64,000 nt of DNA from assembly GCA_965235115.1 (NCBI GenBank), contig OZ249438.1, positions 37,448,001-37,512,000 of the forward strand. Reading direction: 5' to 3'. The notes beneath the pieces were generated by a model. That model had not been told where the DNA came from. It worked only from the letters and a program-made list of their open reading frames with translations, and ran no database searches. Made by a program: the position numbers and the translations under genes. Shown one piece after another: positions 13,281-24,761 of the stretch. Source of the stretch: Laetmonice hystrix (taxonomy: Eukaryota). Each line of letters opens with the position of its first letter. Position 1 is the first letter of the stretch.

Positions 13281-14253
13281 CTGGTGGTGTCCGGGAGTGG
13301 GGGCAGTTAGCCGTGTCTTACAGTGGGAGAGCTTGCAGTGAGAGCCACGCCACCTGGTGGTGTCCGGGAGTGGGGGTAGTTAGCCGTGTCTTACAGTGAG
13401 AGAGCTGGCTGACAGCCACGCCACCTGGTGGTGTCCGGGAGTGGGGGCAGTTAGCCGTGTCTTACAGTGAGAGAGCTGGCTGACAGCCACGCCCCCTGGT
13501 GGTGTCCGGGAGTGGGGGCAGTTAACCGTGTCTTACAGTGGGAGAGCGGGCTGGCAGTGACAGCCACGCCACCTGGTGGTGTCCGGGAGTGGGGGCAGTT
13601 AGCCGTGTCTTACAGTGGGAGAGCGGGCTGGCAGTGACAGCCACGCCACCTGGTGGTGTCCAGGAGTGGGGGCAGTGACCTGTATCTTACAGTCGGAGAG
13701 CGGGCTGGCAGTGACAGCCACGCCATCTGGTGGTGTCCGGGAGTGGGGGCAGTTAGCCGTGTCTTACAGTGGGAGAGCGGGCTGGCAGTGACAGCCACGC
13801 CACCTGGTGGTGTCCAGGAGTGGGGGCAGTGACCTGTATCTTACAGTCGGAGAGCGGGCTGGCAGTGACAGCCACGCCACCTGGTGGTGTCCGGGAGTGG
13901 GGGTAGTTAACCACGTCTTACAGTGGGAGAGCGGGCTGGCAGTGACAGCCACGCCACCTGGTGTGGCCGGGAGTAGGGACAGTGACCTGTATCTTACAGT
14001 GGGAGAGCGGGCTGGCAGTGACAGCCACGCCACCTGGTGGTGGCCGGGAGTAGGGACAGTGACCTGTATCTTACAGTGGGAGAGCGGGCTGGCAGTGACA
14101 GCCACGCCACCTGGTGGTGGCCGGGAGTAGGGACAGTGACCTGTATCTTACAGTGGGAGAGCGGGCTGGCAGTGACAGCCACGCCACCTGGTGGTGTCCA
14201 GGAGTAGGGGCAGTGACCTGTATCTTACAGTGGGGGAGCGGGCTGGCAGTGAC
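13281..14253. repeat. Minisatellite, ~70-77 bp unit, carrying CTCF-consensus motifs
   Basis: ~13 units of GACAGCCACGCCACCTGGTGGTGTCCGGGAGTGGGGGCAGT...CTTACAGTGGGAGAGCGGGCTGGCAGT. Confidence 0.95.
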
Positions 14254-14308
14254 CTTCCTCCGTGCCGTCCCCGGAGGAGAGCAATGTCGGTTTTTTTTAT
14301 TGTTGGAA

Positions 14309-14370
14309 GTTTAGCCGGGGGTAGTGGGGATCTGTTATAGTTTAGCCGGGGGTAGTGGGGATCTGTTATA
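14309..14370. repeat. 31-bp direct duplication
   Basis: AGTTTAGCCGGGGGTAGTGGGGATCTGTTAT x2. Confidence 0.85.
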
Positions 14371-14483
14371 GGACCCGATATCCTATCGAGGCTGACCGTG
14401 GCACGGTGACCAGTAACACGGAATAGACAATGATAGGAAAATCACGGAAGTAGACCATCGCGGGCAGTAGGCCCAACGGCTCA

Positions 14484-15560
14484 TGTAGATGGCGGTGGGT
14501 GTTGTGTGCAGATGGCGGCAGTTGTAGTATGCAGATAGGGTGGCTGTTATGTGCAGATGGGGGTGGTTGTTTTGGGCAGAGGGTGGTGGTTGTAGTGTGC
14601 AGATGGTGGTTGTTGTAGTGTGCAGATGGTGGCGGCCGTTTGTAGATGGCGGCGGTTGTTGTGTACAGATGGCGGCTGTTGTTGTGTACAGATGGCGGCG
14701 GTTGTTGTGTACAGATGGCGGCGGTTGTTGTGTACAGATGGCGGCTTTTGTTGTGTACAGATGGTGGCGGTTGTTGTGTACAGATGGCGGCTTTTGTTGT
14801 GTACAGATGGCGGCGGCTGTTGTGTACAGATGGTGGCGGTTGTTGTGTGCCGATGGCGGCGGTTGTTGTGTACAGATGGCGGCGGTTGTTGTGTACAGAT
14901 GGTGGCGGTTGTTGTGTACAGATGGCGGCGGTTGTGTGCCGATGGCGGCGGTTGTTGTGTACAGATGGCGGCGGTTGTTGTGTACAGATGGTGGCGGTTG
15001 TTGTGTACAGATGGCGGCGGTTGTGTGCCGATGGCGGCGGTTGTTGTGTACAGATGGCGGCGGTTGTTGTGTACAGATGGCGGCGGTTGTGTGCCGATGG
15101 CGGCGGTTGTGTGCCGATGGCGGCGGTTGTTGTGTGCCGATGGCGGCGGTTGTTGTGTACAGATGGCGGCGGTTGTGTGCCGATGGCGGCGGTTGTTGTG
15201 CACAGATGGCGGCGGTTGTTGTGTACAGATGGTGGCGGTTGTTGTGTACAGATGGCGGCGGTTGTTGTGTACAGATGGCGGCGGTTGTTGTGTGCCGATG
15301 GCGGCGGTTGTTGTGTACAGATGGCGGCGGTTGTGTGCCGATGGCGGCGGTTGTTGTGTACAGATGGCGGCGGTTGTTGTGTACAGATGGCGGCTGTTGT
15401 TGTGTACAGATGGCGGTGGTTGTGTGCAGATGGCGGTGGTTGTTGTGTACAGATGGCGGCGGTTGTTGTGTACAGATGGTGGCGGTTGTTGTGTACAGAT
15501 GGCGGCGGTTGTTGTGTACAGATGGCGGCTGTTGTTGTGTGCAGATGGCGGCGGTTGTGG
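14484..15560. repeat. Minisatellite, 20-23 bp unit
   Basis: ~48 copies of GTACAGATGGCGGCGGTTGTTGT with a GTGCCGATGG variant. Confidence 0.96.
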
Positions 15561-16243
15561 GGCGGAGGCAGGCGTCACGTTGGTTGCGTGCTGTTTTAAT
15601 ATTTCATGCTGGAGAAGTTGTCGACTGCAGGCCTTCCCGTCGACAGTGCGTGACGCTAGCGGCTCATCTTTCTGTGAACGAGAGTAGGCCTTTACAATAT
15701 TTACATCCTATTTGGATTATTCCAGATTGATTAGGTCACAGGTGGCAAATAGAATCAGGTTTCTTAGTACAACAACGGCAAAAATGTCATTTTGCCAAAG
15801 AAGGTATTTGTTATTAGTCAGACTAACCCATTCTATACCCTCAGGATTACGTTAAATTTACCATTTGTGTCTTTTAGATAAACTCTCTTAGTGTTTTAAG
15901 AGTTAAGGAAATCTGGAGCTAGTCCGGCCTGCCGGTAACGATTATTTCTAAGATTAGGTGGGGTCTGCCCTCTATAAGCGCCCTCTATTGGTGAGTGTGA
16001 GAGAACCGATTGTCTGATTGAAAACCCTGCCACTCTATCAATGCTGGATCTCAAGACTGTCAGAACCACAGTGATCCAAGTGATGTCATTTATCGGAGTT
16101 TAACTACCCGCCAGGGCCGGGTATTATTCCAAACGGCCGAGCGGTGAAATTCTACAGCGGGTTGGAGAGGGCGGGGGCGGGGCCACTGTGACCCGACCTA
16201 ACCCAGGCAAACTGTCGCTGAGCACAGCACTGTTGTAGGAATA

Positions 16244-16559
16244 CCGTATTCACGCACTTTTAGGCGCTTACGCCTATAACTGGATCTTTGCGGTTTTTTT
16301 TAAAGGAAATTTCAAAATCAAAAATGGCAGGGTGCAATAGTGCCACCGACAGTCCTTCAAGTGAAAAACATGGACCCAGGCTACGTCCATTCATGTTATC
16401 AGGCCTACGATAACACAACTGCACAATATAATCACGTACGTGGGTGCGACTATATCTGAATAATAGAGTTAGTGCCCCGGATATAGGCGCATGCGCCTGT
16501 ATCCGGGGTTGGCGCATGCTCACTTATAGGCGCATGCGCCTAAAAGTGCGTCAGTACGG
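16244..16559. mobile_element. 316-bp non-autonomous Tc1/mariner (pogo/Tigger-like) MITE
   Basis: 24-bp TIRs CCGTATTCACGCACTTTTAGGCGC / GCGCCTAAAAGTGCGTCAGTACGG (2 mismatches), flanked by TA on both sides (16242-16243, 16560-16561). Confidence 0.8.
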
Positions 16560-16617
16560 TACGTGGTCCGTGTCACGATAACTGGACCGTATCCGCTTAC
16601 GGTGATTTCACGTAGAA

Positions 16618-16633
16618 CCGCTAGGTGGCAGTG
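16618..16633 (+). promoter_or_regulatory. CTCF-consensus motif in unique sequence
   Basis: CCGCTAGGTGGCAGTG is a full match to CCRSYAGRKGGCR. Binding is not demonstrated. Confidence 0.45.
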
Positions 16634-16764
16634 CAGTAAACCGTACACTTTGATTAAAATTGTTTGGCGTAGTTATCTCTCTGTTTGCCTGGTGGGAAGT
16701 TGTAGAATGTATGGTAATTAATAACACTGGGGAGAGTATCAGGATCTGCACGTATCTGGAATGA

Positions 16765-17209
16765 TGTACAGGACCTGCCGCCGGTTGATACCGTTGTACA
16801 GGACCTGCCGCCGGCTGATACCGTTGTACAGGGCCTGCCGCCGGCTGATACCGTTGTACAGGACCTGCCGCCGGCTGATACCGTTGTGTAGGACCTGCCG
16901 CCGGTTGATACCGTTGTGTAGGACCTGCCGCCGGCTGATACCGTTGTGTAGGACCTGCCGCCGGCTGATACCGTTGTACAGGGCCTGCCGCCGGCTGATA
17001 CCGTTGTACAGGGCCTGCCGCCGGCTGATACCGTTGTACAGGGCCTGCCGCCGGCTGATACCGTTGTGTAGGACCTGCCGCCGGCTGATACCGTTGTGTA
17101 GGACCTGCCGCCGGCTGATACCGTTGTACAGGACCTGCCGCCGGCTGATACCGTTGTACAGGACCTGCCGCCGGCTGATACCGTTGTACAGGGCCTGCCG
17201 CCGGTTGAT
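16765..17209. repeat. Minisatellite, 30-bp unit
   Basis: ~15 copies of GTACAGGACCTGCCGCCGGCTGATACCGTT. Confidence 0.96.
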
Positions 17210-18620
17210 GGCACTGCCGGCCCCCTGCGGCCAGTCTCTGCTGCCGGCCGCCCGTTAATGCACCACCTCCCGGGGGAGCACGCCGCACAGACCCTAATGA
17301 CAGGTGACACAGACAGCAGCACCTGAGCCAAACTTGAAGATTTTCCGACATGACTGGGACCTACGACTGGCTCAGAAGGAATCCAGCCACGCAATCTGCA
17401 GGCTATGTGCTACTTGGCTCTCAGTGACGGTATCGTCACCATGGCTTCTTTTCTTTATCGGAATAAACATGGCATGCTTTGCTTCAAACACCACTTGCCA
17501 TATACTACTCTATTGAAGAAGTAAGTAGTATATAGAAAAAGGCACAATTGTCAGGCAGTTCCCAATAATGGAATGCGATAACAAATTACAATGCAACCAA
17601 ACTAGGCGGTTAGTTTAATGATAGGTCGTATACGTATCATCACTTGTAACAAGTAGATTGTTCTGGCATGCAGAAAGGGGCAAATACCCTGGACATATTA
17701 ATTATATTCGTCTGAAACTCCTGCCTGATTTTATACAACCAGAAATGCGATTTAATTTAATCTGCACAATGTCATATAAATGCCACTTTTAATCATGTTC
17801 TAAGCTAAGAGGACTAGCACATTAAGATTCCGTTAACATTATGTATCGGTTTTTAAAGGCAGGTTTTCCGTGGTGATCTGTATTCAGGGTGTTGTGCTCT
17901 GTTGGGATCTGTCGACAATGTGCGACATCCTTCATGACCGGAAATATGGAGTAGAAAGAGATGGGGGATTGTGTTCCGTGTGACAAGGTACGAATGGTGA
18001 ACACAGTGTGAAATATGATGTTGGAATACCTCAGAGACCTATAGCGTCGCAGCAGCAATCATTCAGCCTGCTGCAGTACTTTAAAAAGAACTCAAGTTTC
18101 CTTTTTTAAAGATTAAAATTGTGAATCCTTCCTGCGTTTCAGTGGCGCGCATGTAATGTACTGACTGGCTGGCGTCGCGTATATTGGGCAGATTTTGAGA
18201 GGGAGCCTTTTAGCCTTAAGGAAACATGGCCGTCTCTAGTCACCTGGGGCTGTTAGCAAAGATGGATCAAATGTGATAAGAGAAGTTAATGTGCTGCAAG
18301 AGATAGGCTGCCGTTCCTGCACGTTTGGAAGACCGAAGCTGGTGTTTTATGGCCGCCGAGACCGAGGTCTGAGGTGTTGGTTGTCAGTCAGTGGGGCCGG
18401 CTAGCCTCATTCACCTTGGCATTTATCACCGTGACAGCTGAGCCTAACTTGATCTAGGTACACCAAATGTTAGGACTGTTTAATTATGAACATCAGTGAT
18501 TTCTAATTTTCTATAGATAGATCATGGGGATGGAGACAGGGTGACACATGATATAGCACCGATGATGTAATAAAACCTTTAATCATACACCCCGTACTGG
18601 TTGTAAGTGCATATTGAGCA

Positions 18621-18946
18621 CATACTGTTGGGTATAATATAGTGGTGGGAAAACCGTACATACTGTTGGGTATACTGTTGGGTATAATATAGTGGTGTGA
18701 AAACCGTACATACTGTTGGGTATACTGTTGGGTATACTGTTGGGTATACTGTTGGGTATAATATAGTGGTGTGAAAACCGTATACTGTTGGGTATACTGT
18801 TGGGTATACTGTTGGGTATAATATAGTGGTGTGAAAACCGTACATACTGTTGGGTATACTGGTGGGTATACTGTTGGGTATAATATAGTGGTGTGAAAAC
18901 CGTACATACTGTTGGGTATACTGGTGGGTATACTGTTCGCATTGTG
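18621..18946. repeat. Compound minisatellite (13-bp ATACTGTTGGGT-type subunit plus ATAATATAGTGGTGTGAAAACCGTAC)
   Basis: 1-4 short subunits alternate with the longer spacer unit, ~6 cycles. Confidence 0.92.
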
Positions 18947-19662
18947 ATCCTACTGGTCCCGGTCGTTGTACAGATATCTGTAGTACCAGCCGTTCGCACT
19001 GTGATCCTAATGGTCCCGGTCGTTATACAGATATCTGTAGTACCAGCCGTTCGCATTGTGATCCTATACTGGTCCCGGTCGTTATACAGATATCTGTAGT
19101 ACCAGCCGTTCGCATTGTGATCCTACTGGTCCCGGTCGTTATACAGATATCCGTAGTACCAGCTGTTCGCATTGTGATCCTATACTGGTCCCGGTCGTTA
19201 TACAGATATCTGTAGTACCAGCCGTTCGCATTGTGATCCTATACTGGTCCCGGTCGTTATACAGATATCTGTAGTACCAGCCGTTCGCATTGTGATCCTA
19301 CTGGTCCCGGTCGTTATACAGATATCTGTAGTACCAGCCGTTCGCATTGTGATCCTACTGGTCCCGGTCGTTATACAGATATCCGTAGTACCAGCCGTTC
19401 GCATTGTGATCCTACTGGTCCCGGTCGTTATACAGATATCTGTAGTACCAGCCGTTCGCATTGTGATCCTACTGGTCCCGGTCGTTATACAGATATCTGT
19501 AGTACCAGCCGTTCGCATTGTGATCCTACTGGTCCCGGTCGTTATACAGATATCTGTAGTAGCAGCCGTTCGCATTGTGATCCTACTGGTCCCGGTCGTT
19601 ATACAGATATCTGTAGTACCAGGCGTTCGTATTGTGATCCTACTGGTCCCGGTCGTTATACC
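18943..19662. repeat. Minisatellite, 57-59 bp unit with a 14-bp palindrome
   Basis: ~12.5 copies of CGTTCGCATTGTGATCCTACTGGTCCCGGTCGTTATACAGATATCTGTAGTACCAGC. Confidence 0.96.
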
Positions 19663-19696
19663 ATACAGAGCCACTCTAGATAGAGGAACGGGATAC

Positions 19697-19794
19697 CTGT
19701 TCCACTAAGCTCCTATTCTTTAACATTGGCGCCGCAAAGACGTCTTTCCAAAGACGTCTTTGCTAAAGACGTCTTTCGTTAGTGGAACAGACCC
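19697..19794. other. Short inverted-repeat cassette containing three AAAGACGTCTTT palindromes
   Basis: Perfect 12-bp inverted repeat CTGTTCCACTAA (19697-19708) / TTAGTGGAACAG (19779-19790) enclosing three perfect 12-bp palindromes. Confidence 0.6.
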
Positions 19795-20557
19795 CTGATT
19801 GCCTGCAATCTGGAGGTCTATATTAATTTCTATAGCTAACAGATAGTACACTCATATTGTATTTATATTTATTTTTGTAGCTAACAGATAGTACATTCAT
19901 TTTGTATTTATTTCCCCGAAGATGTGGTGTGCAGTGGCGGATCAAATTGCTCACATTTCTCAGCACCAGCTTGTAACAAGTCGTAATTTTGAATCATTTG
20001 CGAGCAGATACATTCATTTTTTGGTATGACATGGTGTCATGAAGACTGACTTTATATGCGGGTAGCATTAATAAAAAGAATAATACCAATATTTTATGCT
20101 GCCCAAACTGAAATATGATAAATGATAAATATCGTGAAAGACAGAAATAACGTACATGTCTGTACAACTCTAGCAAAATTTGTAAGTAGGGTGCCCACAC
20201 AAAACGTGATCACGAAGAGGGGGTTTTCTTGTGGCAATCACAGCATACTGTGTGCAGGACGGAGCTGATAGAGAGGTGTCAATGTTGCTGGGAGCGGGGG
20301 ACAGGTATGGCGATGGTCGCTAGGGGCGAGCAGTGGTGGTATTGAGGTGTGATGAGTGCTATTGTCAGTGGACACAATCTCATTGTGATTCTCAGCGTAC
20401 AGATGGGGGTCGTGTTTCAGGGACATGTCCATCAGGACGACCAGCAGGACGTGAGGCAGGCCACAAACAGGGTTCAGCCTGGGTCGGAGGGGGCCTCAGG
20501 GCTTGGGCAGTAGTGGGAAGGGCCGCTGGTTCTAGGTGGGCACTGCTATATTATAGT

Positions 20558-20720
20558 GGAGTGGTCCGAGTTCTAGCGGGGCTGTAGTACATTAGACAGG
20601 AGTGTTCGTGTCGAGGTCTGACGGGGCTGTAGTACATTAGAGTGGAGTGTTCCGAGTTCTAGCATGGCTGTAGTACATTAGCCTGGAGTGTTCCGAGTTC
20701 CAGGTTGTAGTATCTTAGAA
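20558..20720. repeat. Degenerate low-copy tandem repeat
   Basis: 3-4 diverged copies of GGAGTGTTCCGAGTTCTAGC..GGCTGTAGTACATTAG. Confidence 0.7.
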
Positions 20721-22089
20721 TGAAATGTTCCCTAGTCCGAGGGTGAAGTGAAACCAGTCGATGCCATAAATAGAGCGTCATGCACTTTTTCAAACATATC
20801 TAGAAAACCAAAATTTTCTGAGCATTCGTTATGCTCATCTGATTAGATATGCCATAAGGGAGAATGGTTAAGAGTGTGTAATACCATGTAAACCCAGTCT
20901 TAAGGCTAGCTGTTTGTCATGTGGGCCACAGTACTCTCGCTATTTATTGTCTAAACGCAGCAGCCAAGGTCCACTTTGTTTCACAGAAGTTCTACTGTCG
21001 GTAATGGCCTTCTACATTTGTGTTCATGGACACAATTATTGAATGGACCCCAGTGGGGAACGCTCCTCCTCAAATCATTCTCTTTGTCACGTGGCCCTCG
21101 GGCAGTAGGGCGTTTATCTTGTCAGTAGCTTTATCAATCGTACAGCCCTAGGTTAGATGTGGCATTTCAAAGAGAACTAGCTATTGTCGCATAGCGGTCG
21201 AAGAATCCCTACCTTACTTAGGTCCTTACTTCTTACTTTATCATTTCCCACTCTGCCTACGTTCCCATTTAATTACGTAATTTTTATGTAAGTTCCGCCA
21301 TTGACATAATGGGTGTGAAATGGGGCTTTAGGTGTGGAAAGCTCTGTGAAACACCAATGTCTGCCTTTTCTACTGTTTCACACTCGCTCCCTCATTTACT
21401 CATAATACATTCGAGACCAAAGTCAGAAATATTTTTAATTCACACCAAGAATTTAGAACTTGATTCCTTCAGGTAAACGAGATCCTGCCTCAGTATTGTA
21501 TTTACCTCTCATTCAGGTACGCAATGCACTACAGAAAGTATTTCTCTCCAGATAGCAGTAACAAACTGGGACGTATGGTGTCTACGTGTTTTCGGGCTCC
21601 ATCCGGTTCATAAAACGTCTGATACCCGGTCTGCGCGCGCACGCACGCACGGCCAGTCGGGAAGGGTGATCAGCACGAACGCCGGCGTTAGCCATCTCTG
21701 GCACGCGCATGCTCCAACACAAGGACGTGAAATTTGAATAGTTTCAGATAGCTGCAGCACGCAGACACTAACCCCCTACGTGAAGGTTTTATGTACAATT
21801 TTACGGCTATTGTAGCGGAGACTTTGGTAATTCAACGCCCACCTGAAGATATCAAAGCAAGTCCTCTGGCTGCAGATTTCGAGAGAGTCACGTTACAGAA
21901 CCAACCGTTTATTCGTTCTGTTCTGTCTGTTGGCATGCTACCTACTCTGACTGTGGACATGTCGGCTAATTCCAAACGGCCCATACACAGTAGATGGTAG
22001 GTGTCGCGTGTGGGGCCTGCAGCGTCCATTCTATCCTGGGTTAACTTATGATTGTGGTTTATTAAACCTGGGGATAGTGGCTCTTTCAA

Positions 22090-22624
22090 TATACTACTCA
22101 CTTTATGGACTGCACTCAGTCTGAGTTATCAAACCTGAGAATAATGGCACTTCCATATACTACTCACTTTATGGACTGCACTAAGTCTGAGTTATCAAAC
22201 CTGAGGATAATGGCACTTCATATACTACTCCGTTTATGGACTGCACTAAGTCTGAGTTATCAAACCTGAGGATAATGGCACTTCCATATACTACTCACTT
22301 TATGGACTGCACTGAGTCTGAGTTATCAAACCTGAGAATAATGGCACTTCCATATACTACTCACTTTATGGACTGCACTGGGTCTGAGTTATCAAACCTG
22401 AGGATAATGGCACTTCCATATACTACTCACTTTATGGACTGCACTGAGTCTGAGTTATCAAACCTGAGGATAATGGCACTTCCATATACTACTCACTTTA
22501 TGGACTGCACTGAGTCTGAGTTATCAAACCTGAGGATAATGGCACTTCCATATACTACTCACTTTATGGACTGCACTGAGTCTGAGTTATCAAACCTGAG
22601 AATAATGACACTTAGTACTACTCC
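22090..22624. repeat. Minisatellite, 66-bp unit
   Basis: 8 copies of ATACTACTCACTTTATGGACTGCACTGAGTCTGAGTTATCAAACCTGAGGATAATGGCACTTCCAT. Confidence 0.96.
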
Positions 22625-22751
22625 CGTCATGGCTAGTACTGAGACATAAAGGCTATAGGCTATATCTCACCACAACCGATCATTTCATACTTAGCGTGTA
22701 CAGTCAGTGCTATAAATATAGCGTTGTGTTGCCTCTCGGATACTGGAGTTC

Positions 22752-22931
22752 TGTGCCAACCATTCACAGTGTCCGTTAATGTGCCAACCATTCACAGTGT
22801 CCGTTAATGTGCCAACCATTCACAGTGTCCGTTAATGTGCCAACCATTCACAGTGTCCGTTAATGTGCCAACCATTCACAGTGTCCGTTAATGTGCCAAC
22901 CATTCACAGTGTCTGTTAATGTGCCAACCAC
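22752..22931. repeat. Minisatellite, 28-bp unit
   Basis: 6 copies of TGTGCCAACCATTCACAGTGTCCGTTAA. Confidence 0.95.
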
Positions 22932-23818
22932 CAGTTGGCCTATCTAGCGCCTATCTAATATACCGGTACGTGTTCCTTGCTGTAACTCGACGACACAGGG
23001 ATTGAATTCACGGTATAAGCTTTAGCCTGGAGAAAGATATAATTATCAAGACAAAAAACGGAGTGTGACGCTGATCAAAGAAAGATGGTGTTAACGGAAC
23101 GAACCAATTGCCACGTCGTGTCAATGGTTTCTTTACGAGGCATCCAGTCACCTTGTAACTACTACTGAACTGTAGTAATTAGTCTGACAGTAATAGGATG
23201 AAGAGGGCGATAATACCAGCATGATGTTTTCAATATCCGGATATCCCATAATCCATCCACTATTATGACGTAACACGTGCAGCTGATATTTAAATGAAAA
23301 AAATGAAAACCTTTTCACACAAAGTAGGAAAGATTTCAGGTGTTCTGCAGGAAACTAAAAACGAGTTGATGCCACACGATGGCGTTCATCGGCTCATAGC
23401 TCTCCATTCAACAATAACGTAGCATGGAGACGGATTTTTTTTTAAATCCAGGTTTTTTTCTCTATGTCCTTTCTTTCATATTACAGTGTAATTATTAAGA
23501 GAGTAATTATTGATTAGTACCTGACAGTCCCCCCCTGGGTGTGGGTGTGTGGGTGTGGGGGGGGGGGGGATGAGGGCGGTGTGTTCATGGCGACCCCTGC
23601 CGAGATTTCCAGTCCGATGTTATTTGCCGGTCGATAACATGGCTGCGAGCAGGAACGAAGCACTAACCCACATAAACCCCTTCTGGTCATCATGAATCAT
23701 TTAGAAAATGGGAGACAAAATCTTTTCAATCATCTTTATGCCCTGCAAGTCGGCCCGCATTCATCTAATCTTATATCCACCGATAACTAGCACAGTCCTC
23801 GCATCGCCCCTACATGGA

Positions 23819-24218
23819 CTTGGGACAGCCTCCGTCATAACGCGGCAGACCGATGGTACTTGGGACAGCCTCCGTCATAACGCGGCCGACCGATGGTACT
23901 TGGGACAGCCTCCGTCATAACGCGGCAGACCGATGGTACTTGGGACAGCCTCCGTCATAACGCGGCCGACCGATGGTACTTGGGACAGTCTCTGTCATAA
24001 CGCGGCAGACCGATGGTACATGGGACAGCCTCCGCCATAACGCGGCCGACCGATGGTACATGGGACAGTCTCTGTCATAACGCGGCAGACCGATGGTACT
24101 TGAGACAGCCTCCGTCATAACGCGGCCGACCGATGGTACTTGGGACAGCCTCCGTCATAACGCGGCAGACCGATGGTACATGGGACAGCCTCCGCCATAA
24201 CGCGGCCGACCGATGGTA
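23819..24218. repeat. Minisatellite, 40-bp unit (80-bp dimeric order)
   Basis: 10 copies of CTTGGGACAGCCTCCGTCATAACGCGGC(A/C)GACCGATGGTA. Confidence 0.96.
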
Positions 24219-24328
24219 GTTCTACTATACACTACATCGCCCTTATATTATAAAGGGAGGGGAGGGGTGGAAGGGACTCATGTTGTCTGTGTGATTCGGG
24301 TTGTTTGAGAGGAAACATGTATGGCAGC

Positions 24329-24500
24329 CAACCCAACTGGCTGACTTCAACCCAACTGGCTGACTTCAACCCAACTGGCTGACTTCAACCCAACTGGCTG
24401 ACTTCAACCCAACCGGCTGACTTCAACCCAACTGGCTGACTTCAACCCAACTGGCTGACTTCAACCCAACCGGCTGACTTCAACCCAGCTGGCTGACTTC
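24329..24500. repeat. Minisatellite, 19-bp unit
   Basis: 9 copies of CAACCCAACTGGCTGACTT. Confidence 0.95.
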
Positions 24501-24683
24501 CATATCACGATGTCGCCCTGCCAACTTATTCCTGTGCTGCCTCCCGTCAAAGTAATCCGACGACAGGTCCTGGGTATGCAGCATACCACGCAAAGGAGGC
24601 AAAGCACATAAAACTGGGTTACTGATAATCTCTAATAATATGATCCTGCAGTTCTCTAACTCGGCTCGGAAAGGACGCTACCT

Positions 24684-24761
24684 GGCCTCGGTTTCAGAAA
24701 TGGATATATCAATGGAATTATCACCGCTTAAAGCCTGCTGCTTCTTGCTGAAACCGGGGCC
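24684..24761. mobile_element. 78-bp mini element with Harbinger-like GGCC termini
   Basis: GGCCTCGGTTTCAG ... CTGAAACCGGGGCC (14-bp inverted repeat, 1 mismatch). No clear TSD. Confidence 0.35.

Noticed and set aside
14540-15730. Several 300-400 aa ORFs in multiple frames and both strands
   Set aside because: Low-complexity translations of a 20-23 bp repeat. The same applies to ORFs at 10.2, 16.6, 24.8, 29.0, 35.4 and 46.8 kb.
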